From positions 30,001 through 62,000 of the forward strand of contig NZ_CP093908.1 of assembly GCF_024818015.1 (NCBI RefSeq): DNA of 32,000 nt, given 5' to 3'. The notes beneath the pieces were generated by a model. That model was not told the DNA's origin and made no database searches. It worked only from the letters and a program-made list of their open reading frames with translations. Origin of the DNA: Candidatus Saccharimonadota bacterium. Lineage in GTDB: Bacteria > Bacteroidota > Bacteroidia > Flavobacteriales > Blattabacteriaceae. Each line of letters begins with the position of its first letter. The stretch's first letter is position 1. A program made the position numbers and the translations under genes. Of the stretch, positions 25,179 to 32,000 are shown piece after piece.

Positions 25179-28100
25179 AATTTTTTATGAATTTCATTTC
25201 TGAATCTTTTTTTTTAAGTTTTTGATTGCCATCACCAATTAGAATTTCTTCATAAGAATATTTTTTTAATCCAGTTCCTGCAGGAATTTTATTGCCTAAT
25301 ATAACATTTTCTTTTAATCCATTTAAATCATCTTTTTTATTACTTATAGCTGCCTCGTATAAAACTTTTGTAGTTTCTTGAAAGGATGCAGCAGAAAGAA
25401 AAGATTTAGTTTGTAAGGCAGCTTTAGTTATACCTTGAATTATGGGTTTAGATATAGCGGTGATTACATCTCTAAATAATATTTTATTTTTTAATAAACA
25501 ATTTTCTTTTTTTAATTCATTAAAATTAACTAACTGACCTTTAAAAACTTTTTTAGAATCACCTGATTCTTCAATAAATTTCATGTTCAAAATTCTTTGA
25601 TTTTCTTCTAAAAAGACATCTGTAAATTCAATATTACCTTCTAAAAAAGAAGTATCTCCTGATTTTATAATTTCTACTTTTTGTGTCATTTGTCTTACAA
25701 TAACTTCAAAATGTTTATCATTAATTTTTACACCTTGTAAACGATATACTTCCTGGATTTCATTAATCAATTTTTTTTGAGCAGCTCTTAATCCTTTTCT
25801 GTCTAAAATATCATTTAGAACATTATAAGGATTATTAGGATTATCATTATCATTATCATTATCATGATCATTATCATTATCATTATCATGATCATTATCA
25901 TGATCATTATCATTATCATTATCATTATCATTATCATGATCATTATCATTATCATTATCATTATCATGATCATTATCATTATCATTATCATTATCATTAT
26001 CATGATCATTATCATTATCATTATCATTATCATTATCATCATCATCATTTCTTGCTTCAAATAATTCTGATAAACGGGGTAATCCTCCTGTTATATCTCC
26101 TGATTTGAAATCCTTTATAGGGATTTTACTTAAAATACTTCCTTCATTTATAATGTCTCCATTATTTACTACTAAATGTGCACCAACAGGTAGATTGTAA
26201 CTTTTTAAGATTTCATTTTTTTGATTTACTATTTTTAAAGTAGGTGTTTTAGTTTTACCTTTCAATATTACTTTTTCTTTCTGTTCGGATTTTTCAATAT
26301 TTGAATATAATATTTTTCCTGGAAATTCTGCAATAATAACAGCATTATATGGATCCCAACTACAGATAGTATCATTTTTTTTAACTAATTGTTTATTAGA
26401 AACATACAATTTAGCACCATATGGAATTTTTTTTTTCATGAAAATAACTTGATCTTTATTTAATAATAATATTTCAGATGACCTAGAAATAACTATGTTT
26501 TTAACTACTTTAATATTTTCATATTCTATGATTCCATCATATTTAGCTTTTAATTTTGAATATTCATATATATTACCAGCTGTACCTCCAACATGAAAAG
26601 TACGAAGTGTAAGTTGTGTACCTGGTTCACCAATTGATTGTGCAGCTATTACTCCTATTGCTTCTCCTTTTTGAATCATTAAACCTGTTGCAAGATTTCT
26701 TCCATAACATTTTATACAAATACCTGTTTTAGATTTACATGTAAGAGGAGATCTTACTTCAATAGATACTATTGAAGCCTTTTCTATAAGATTAATATTT
26801 TTTTCATCTATCATTTGAGATGATTTTATTAAAATCTTATTATTAGTAGGATCATAAATATTATTTATAGCAATACGACCTAAAACCCTGGATGATAATG
26901 TTTCTATTATTTTTTCTTTTTTTTTTATTGCTGAGATTTTAATTCCTACTAAAGTTTTACAATCATCTTCTTGTATAATGACATCTTGTGCTGAATCTAC
27001 TAAACGTCTTGTTAAATATCCAGCATCTGCTGTTTTTAAAGCAGTATCAGCTAATCCTTTTCTTGCCCCATGAGTAGATATAAAATATTCCAATATAGAT
27101 AATCCTTCTAAAAAATTAGATAAAATTGGATTTTCTATAATTTCTGAACCTAATGAACTAGTTTTTTGAGGTTTAGCCATAAGTCCTCTCATTCCAGATA
27201 ATTGACGGATTTGCTCTTTTGAACTTCTAGCACCAGAATCAAGCATCATATATACTGAATTAAATCCTTGTTTACTTTTTCGCATATAATTAATCACTTT
27301 TTCTGTTAAACTAACATTAGTATTAGTCCATATATCTATAATTTTATTATAACGTTCATTATTAGTAATTAATCCCAAATTATAATCGTCTTTTACCAAA
27401 GAAACTTTTTCAATAGCTCTTTTGACAAGAGATTTTTTTTCTTTTGGAATACTTATATCATTTAAATTAAATGATAAACCGCCTTTAAAGGCATGATAAT
27501 ATCCTAAATCTTTTATTTTATCTAAAAATCTTGCGGTAGTAGGGATATTAGTTTGATATAAAATAGAAGAGATTATTTCTCTTAAAGATTGATTTGTTAA
27601 TAATTTATTTATATAACCCACTTTTGGTGGAACCACTCTATTAAATAATACTCTACCGACTGTTGTTTTAATAATTTTTGATATTAATCCGATATTTATT
27701 TGAACTTTTATTATTGCATGAATATCTACAACCTTATTATTATAAGCTATTTCAACTTCTTCAAGAGAAGAAAAACACATTCCTTCTCCTTGAATTTGAC
27801 TTTCAGAAGTAGATTTTAATTCTTTAGTCATATAATATAAACCTAATACCATATCTTGTGATGGAACTGTAATAGGATATCCATTGGCAGGATTTAAAAT
27901 ATTTTGTGATGCTAACATTAATAATTTAGCTTCTAAAATGGCTTCATTTGATAATGGTAAATGTACTGCCATCTGATCTCCATCAAAATCAGCATTAAAT
28001 GCCGAACAAACTAATGGATGTAATAAGATAGCCTTTCCTTCAATAAGTTTAGGTTGAAATGATTGAATTCCTAATCTATGAAGTGTGGGAGCTCTATTTA

Positions 28101-29448
28101 ATAATACAGGATGACCTTTTAAAAGATATTTTAAGATATTCCATATCATGGGATCTTTTTTAGAGATAAGTTTTTTAGCTGATTTAACTGTTCTTACAAT
28201 CTTTCTTTCAAGAAGTTTTCTAATAAGAAAAGGTTTATAAATTTCAGCCGCTATTTCTTTAGGTAATCCACATTCATGTAATTTTAATTTTGGACCTACG
28301 ACTATTACCGATCTTGCTGAATAATCTACTCTTTTCCCTAAAAGGTTTTGTCTAAAACGACCTTGTTTTCCTTTTAAAGAATCAGATAAAGATTTTAATG
28401 GTCTATTAGATTCTGATCTAACTACTAAAGTTTTTTTAGAATTATCTAAAAGGGAATCGACCGCTTCTTGTAGCATTCTTTTTTCATTACGTAATATTAT
28501 TTCAGGAGCTGAAATATGTATTAATCTTTTTAATCTATTATTACGAATTAATATTCTTCTATAAAAATCATTTAAATCAGAACTAGCATACCCACCTCCA
28601 TCTAAAGCAACTAAAGGACGTAATTCTGGAGGAATAACAGGAAGAACTTTTAAAATAATAGATTCAATTTTGTTTCCTTTTTTTTTACCTTCTAGAAAAC
28701 ATTCTACTACATTTAATCTTTTAAATAATTCAATCTTTCTTTGTTTTGATTCTTCATTTTTAATTTCTTTTTTTAAATCAGATAATAAAACTTCTAAATC
28801 AACACGTATTAATAATTCTTCTAAACATTCAGCCCCCATTTTAGCAATAAATTTGTTGGGGTCATTATCATTTAAATATTTATTCCCTATTGGAATCTTA
28901 TTTAAGATATATGTATACTCTTCTTCAGTTAAGAAATCTAATTTTTGAAAATTATTAGCAATTCCTGGTTGAATTACTACATAACGTTCATAATAAATTA
29001 TCATATCAAGTTGTTGAGATGATAATCCTAAAATCGAACCTATTTTATTTGGAGTAGAAGTAGATCTAAATCCCCATATATGAACTATAGGTACTACTAA
29101 ATTGATATGCCCCATTCTGGTTCTACGAACTGTGTTTTTTGTTATTTCTACGCCACATCTATTGCATAATAATCCTTCTTTAAATTTTTGGTTTAATTGT
29201 CTTAAACGGATTAATTCTTTATAAATTGTTTTTTTATATTTGCCACAAGAACATTCATAATCTCTTATAGGTCCAAAAATTTTTTCACAAAACAAACCAT
29301 TTTTTTCCGGTTTCTTAGTACGATAATTGATTGTATCAGGTTTCCTTATTTCGCCATATGAATCTTTTAAAATATCTTCAGGTGAAGAAATCCTAAGACT
29401 AATTTTAGTAGTCATAAAATGACTAATTTTAGATTTTTTTTTATTCAT
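25165..29448 (-). CDS. rpoC: DNA-directed RNA polymerase subunit beta-prime, carrying an internal D/N/H repeat
   Basis: Has [19 protein letters not shown], the catalytic [28 protein letters not shown] and [21 protein letters not shown]. The start is placed at the ATG at 29448 ([18 protein letters not shown]...) by analogy with flavobacterial N-termini. The longest ORF starts at 29535, in an ATGA overlap with the rpoB stop. Confidence 0.95.
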   Translation of the reverse strand: MNKKKSKISHFMTTKISLRISSPEDILKDSYGEIRKPDTINYRTKKPEKNGLFCEKIFGPIRDYECSCGKYKKTIYKELIRLRQLNQKFKEGLLCNRCGVEITKNTVRRTRMGHINLVVPIVHIWGFRSTSTPNKIGSILGLSSQQLDMIIYYERYVVIQPGIANNFQKLDFLTEEEYTYILNKIPIGNKYLNDNDPNKFIAKMGAECLEELLIRVDLEVLLSDLKKEIKNEESKQRKIELFKRLNVVECFLEGKKKGNKIESIILKVLPVIPPELRPLVALDGGGYASSDLNDFYRRILIRNNRLKRLIHISAPEIILRNEKRMLQEAVDSLLDNSKKTLVVRSESNRPLKSLSDSLKGKQGRFRQNLLGKRVDYSARSVIVVGPKLKLHECGLPKEIAAEIYKPFLIRKLLERKIVRTVKSAKKLISKKDPMIWNILKYLLKGHPVLLNRAPTLHRLGIQSFQPKLIEGKAILLHPLVCSAFNADFDGDQMAVHLPLSNEAILEAKLLMLASQNILNPANGYPITVPSQDMVLGLYYMTKELKSTSESQIQGEGMCFSSLEEVEIAYNNKVVDIHAIIKVQINIGLISKIIKTTVGRVLFNRVVPPKVGYINKLLTNQSLREIISSILYQTNIPTTARFLDKIKDLGYYHAFKGGLSFNLNDISIPKEKKSLVKRAIEKVSLVKDDYNLGLITNNERYNKIIDIWTNTNVSLTEKVINYMRKSKQGFNSVYMMLDSGARSSKEQIRQLSGMRGLMAKPQKTSSLGSEIIENPILSNFLEGLSILEYFISTHGARKGLADTALKTADAGYLTRRLVDSAQDVIIQEDDCKTLVGIKISAIKKKEKIIETLSSRVLGRIAINNIYDPTNNKILIKSSQMIDEKNINLIEKASIVSIEVRSPLTCKSKTGICIKCYGRNLATGLMIQKGEAIGVIAAQSIGEPGTQLTLRTFHVGGTAGNIYEYSKLKAKYDGIIEYENIKVVKNIVISRSSEILLLNKDQVIFMKKKIPYGAKLYVSNKQLVKKNDTICSWDPYNAVIIAEFPGKILYSNIEKSEQKEKVILKGKTKTPTLKIVNQKNEILKSYNLPVGAHLVVNNGDIINEGSILSKIPIKDFKSGDITGGLPRLSELFEARNDDDDNDNDNDNDNDHDNDNDNDNDNDHDNDNDNDNDHDNDNDNDNDNDHDNDHDNDNDNDHDNDNDNDNPNNPYNVLNDILDRKGLRAAQKKLINEIQEVYRLQGVKINDKHFEVIVRQMTQKVEIIKSGDTSFLEGNIEFTDVFLEENQRILNMKFIEESGDSKKVFKGQLVNFNELKKENCLLKNKILFRDVITAISKPIIQGITKAALQTKSFLSAASFQETTKVLYEAAISNKKDDLNGLKENVILGNKIPAGTGLKKYSYEEILIGDGNQKLKKKDSEMKFIKNFKIN
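25840..26049 (-). repeat. in-frame hexanucleotide microsatellite of about 35 units: GATAAT (Asp-Asn) with six GATCAT (Asp-His) variants and a GAT x4 cap
   Basis: Read directly: the plus strand is (ATTATC)n with ATGATC variants from about 25840 to 26038, then atcatcatcatc. It translates on the minus strand as NDDDD(ND)5HD(ND)5HD(ND)4HD(ND)5HD-ND-HD(ND)3HD(ND)3N inside rpoC. Confidence 0.97.
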
Positions 29449-29531
29449 TTTATGAAGAAAATGAATAACTTTCAAGATTTGAATTTGATTCCTCAGCTTA
29501 ATTGGGTTTTTTATTTTAATTTGTTTAGTTT

Positions 29532-32000
29532 TCATTTCTTTAGCAGTTCTTTAAGTTTTTTTAGTTTTATTTCTTTAACTTTGTTTTTATATTTTATTAT
29601 ATCTTTATCCTTAATCTCTATTCTTACTTTTATTTTTTGATTTATTTTTTCTTTTTTTTTTATTACTTCTAAATTAAGACTTAAACCTAATCCTTTTAAT
29701 TCCTTCAACAATACATGAAATGATTCTGGTATCCCTGGATTGGGCATTGTTTCCCTTTTAACAATAGCTTCATAAGTTTTTGTACGGCCTTTTACATCAT
29801 CAGATTTTACAGTAAGTATTTCACGTAAAATATTTGCTGCTCCAAAGGCTTCTAAAGCCCAAACTTCCATTTCACCCAATCTTTGTCCTCCAAATTTAGA
29901 TTTTCCTCCTAATGGTTGTTGAGTAATTAATGAATATGGACCAATTGATCTAGCATGCATTTTATCATCAACCATATGATTTAATTTTAACATATAAATT
30001 ACCCCTACTGTAACAGGTTGATCAAATTTTTCTCCTGTTTCTCCATCAAATAAATAAGTATTTCCAAAAAGAGGGATATTAGCTATATCAGTATATTTTG
30101 ATATTTCTTCTATAGAAGCTCCATCAAATATTGGAGTTATAAAATTTATTCCCAGTTTTTCACCTGCCCAACCTAAAATTGTTTCATAGATTTGACCTAG
30201 ATTCATACGTGAAGGTACACCTAATGGATTTAAAACTAAATCTACCGAAGTCCCATCTTCTAAATATGGCATATCCTCTTCTTTAACAATACGTGCCACA
30301 ATTCCTTTATTTCCATGTCTTCCAGACATTTTATCACCTACTTTTAAGTTCCTTTTTTTAGCAATCAAAACTTTAGCGATTTTAATAATACCTGATGTTG
30401 ATGTAATTTCATCTCCAATTAATAATCTATTTTTTTGACGTTGAAACTTCATTTTTAATTCATTTTTTTTAAAAAAATAAAGTTTTATAATTTTAAAAAA
30501 TTTATTATTTAAATATTTATTATTTAAATATTTATGATTTTCCCAAATTTTAGAGATTCTATCTCTCTCTTTAGAAGAGAATATTTTATTTAAAAAATTC
30601 AAAATTTTCACTTTTGGGATTCTAAAAGAAGAACTATATCCTGAGCATTCTAATACAAGAATTAGTTTATTAAATAATAATTTTTTTAAAAGAATTAAAT
30701 TCTTAATATATTTATAATATAAATTTCTTATCATCAATTTTTGAATTTCTTCATATTCTTTTGAATAAATTTTTGTATCAATTACTACTCCAAATAAAGA
30801 GGAATCAGCTTTTAAAGATGTATTTTTTATAGTTCCTACTTTCTTTCCAAAAATTGCTTTTAAAAAGTTTTCTTCTGAAGTTGGATATCCTTCTTTTTTA
30901 GGAGTTATTCTTCCTATAAGGACATCGCCAGGTTTAACTTCAGACCCGATCTTTATAATTCCATCTTTATCTAATTTTTTTTTTTTTTCCTCATTAATAT
31001 TTGGTAGATCAAATGTGAATTCTTCCATTCCTAACTTAGTTTCACGTACTTCTAATGAATATTCATCTAGATGAATTGATGTAAACCAATCCTCACGGAC
31101 TACTTTTTCAGAAATTGCTATAGCATCTTCAAAATTATATCCTTTGAAAGGCATAAAAGCAACTTTTATATTTCTACCTAATGCTAATTTTCCATTTTTA
31201 GTTGCAAATCCTTCACATAAAACTTGACCTTTAGTAACATACATTCCTTGTTTTACAATTGGGATTATATTAATACAAGTATTTTGATTAGTTTTTCTAA
31301 ATTTAATAAAATTATAATTTTGAATTCTCTTTTCAAAAGAAAGTAATTTTTCTTTTTCAGAAATAAAATATTTCACCTTAATATGATTAGCATCTACTGA
31401 TTCAACTACACCATATCCTTCTGCATATATTAATGCATTGACATATGGTGCTAAATGTTTTTCTAATCCAGTTCCTACTATCGGTGCTTTAGGATTTAAT
31501 AAAGGTACAGCTTGCCGCATCATGTTTGATCCCATTAAAGCCCTATTAGCATCATCATGTTCAAGAAATGGAATTAAAGATGCTGAAATAGATGCTATTT
31601 GATTAGTAGAAACATCTATATAATTAATTTTTTTATAATTAACCATAGGAAAATCAGCATTTACACGAACTATAATGTTATGTTTTAATAAACCGGTTTT
31701 ATAATTTAAAATAGCATTAGCTTGTGTTATTAATTTGTCAGATTCTTGATCACTACTAAGATAGATTGGTAGCTCATTTAGAACTACCTTTCCTTTTTGA
31801 ACTTTGAAATAAGGAGTCTCTATAAACCCCATAGGATTAATTCTTGCAAAAACACATAAAGAAGATATTAATCCAATATTCGGACCTTCTGGTGTTTCTA
31901 TAGGGCATAATCTTCCATAATGAGAATAATTAACATCGCGGATTTCAAATCCAGCTCTTTCTCTTGACAAGCCCCCAGTACCTAAAGAAGATATTCTTCT
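29532..32000 (-). CDS. rpoB: DNA-directed RNA polymerase subunit beta, C-terminal ~822 codons (5' end beyond the window)
   Basis: The frame is open from position 32000 ([23 protein letters not shown]...). Has [43 protein letters not shown] and [19 protein letters not shown]. Confidence 0.96.
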   Translation of the reverse strand, partial: RRISSLGTGGLSRERAGFEIRDVNYSHYGRLCPIETPEGPNIGLISSLCVFARINPMGFIETPYFKVQKGKVVLNELPIYLSSDQESDKLITQANAILNYKTGLLKHNIIVRVNADFPMVNYKKINYIDVSTNQIASISASLIPFLEHDDANRALMGSNMMRQAVPLLNPKAPIVGTGLEKHLAPYVNALIYAEGYGVVESVDANHIKVKYFISEKEKLLSFEKRIQNYNFIKFRKTNQNTCINIIPIVKQGMYVTKGQVLCEGFATKNGKLALGRNIKVAFMPFKGYNFEDAIAISEKVVREDWFTSIHLDEYSLEVRETKLGMEEFTFDLPNINEEKKKKLDKDGIIKIGSEVKPGDVLIGRITPKKEGYPTSEENFLKAIFGKKVGTIKNTSLKADSSLFGVVIDTKIYSKEYEEIQKLMIRNLYYKYIKNLILLKKLLFNKLILVLECSGYSSSFRIPKVKILNFLNKIFSSKERDRISKIWENHKYLNNKYLNNKFFKIIKLYFFKKNELKMKFQRQKNRLLIGDEITSTSGIIKIAKVLIAKKRNLKVGDKMSGRHGNKGIVARIVKEEDMPYLEDGTSVDLVLNPLGVPSRMNLGQIYETILGWAGEKLGINFITPIFDGASIEEISKYTDIANIPLFGNTYLFDGETGEKFDQPVTVGVIYMLKLNHMVDDKMHARSIGPYSLITQQPLGGKSKFGGQRLGEMEVWALEAFGAANILREILTVKSDDVKGRTKTYEAIVKRETMPNPGIPESFHVLLKELKGLGLSLNLEVIKKKEKINQKIKVRIEIKDKDIIKYKNKVKEIKLKKLKELLKK
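30501..30535 (-). repeat. 15-nt in-frame tandem duplication (2.3 copies) inside rpoB, encoding [10 protein letters not shown]
   Basis: The plus strand reads tttattatttaaata twice, then tttat. It lies in the variable, lineage-specific region of RpoB. Confidence 0.85.

Noticed and set aside
25815-26064. Track ORFs 25815..26060 (-) (MIMIMI...) and 25864..26064 (+) (MIIIIIIIM...), and the possibility that the periodic array is a CRISPR or other non-coding repeat.
   Set aside because: They are alternative-frame and antisense readings of the rpoC hexamer repeat, which is stop-free in several frames on both strands. The array has a 6-nt unit with no spacers. It is embedded in frame between two highly conserved RpoC blocks, so it is coding low-complexity sequence, not a CRISPR array or independent genes.

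Overview
This window is almost entirely coding (roughly 99%). It comes from a very small, extremely AT-rich genome of the Flavobacteriales (Bacteroidota) insect-endosymbiont type, similar to Sulcia or Blattabacterium. The exact taxon cannot be fixed without a database search. The Bacteroidota assignment rests on four points: an atpBEFHAG operon without atpDC, an rpmB-rpmG-DUF4295 trio, a ybeY-mnmG pair, and Flavobacteria-like RpoB, RpoC and AtpB sequences. The genetic code is standard: TGA is used as stop in rsmI, rplY and rpoB, and Trp is TGG. I support 31 protein genes and 3 tRNAs. Protein genes: glnS (partial), mnmG, ybeY, rsmI, prs, rplY, atpGAHFEB, lysC, a MarC-family membrane protein, leuBDCA, tyrS, leuS, korB, serS, rpmB, rpmG, a small DUF4295-like ORF, rluD, truA, rpoC and rpoB (partial). 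tRNAs: Cys-GCA, Phe-GAA and His-GUG. I found no mobile elements, CRISPR array, toxin or defence genes, or accessory island. I do not see a multi-gene novel system and will not invent one. The most unusual feature is a 210-nt in-frame hexanucleotide microsatellite inside rpoC. It encodes about 70 residues of (Asn-Asp)n with interspersed His-Asp, and it sits where the beta-prime jaw domain should be; the jaw itself appears deleted. Other observations worth a second look: (1) the rluD start codon is out of frame across an A10 tract, a possible case of transcriptional-slippage rescue; (2) the rluD stop codon lies inside the co-oriented tRNA-His; (3) two other ORFs end inside antisense tRNA genes; (4) two divergent gene pairs have start codons 1 bp and 10 bp apart; (5) the LeuRS CP1 editing motifs look degenerate; (6) LeuA lacks the C-terminal leucine-feedback domain; (7) korB has no adjacent korA; (8) a second hexanucleotide repeat forms a (Val-Lys)n tail on L25; (9) RpoB carries a Lys-rich C-terminal read-through tail.
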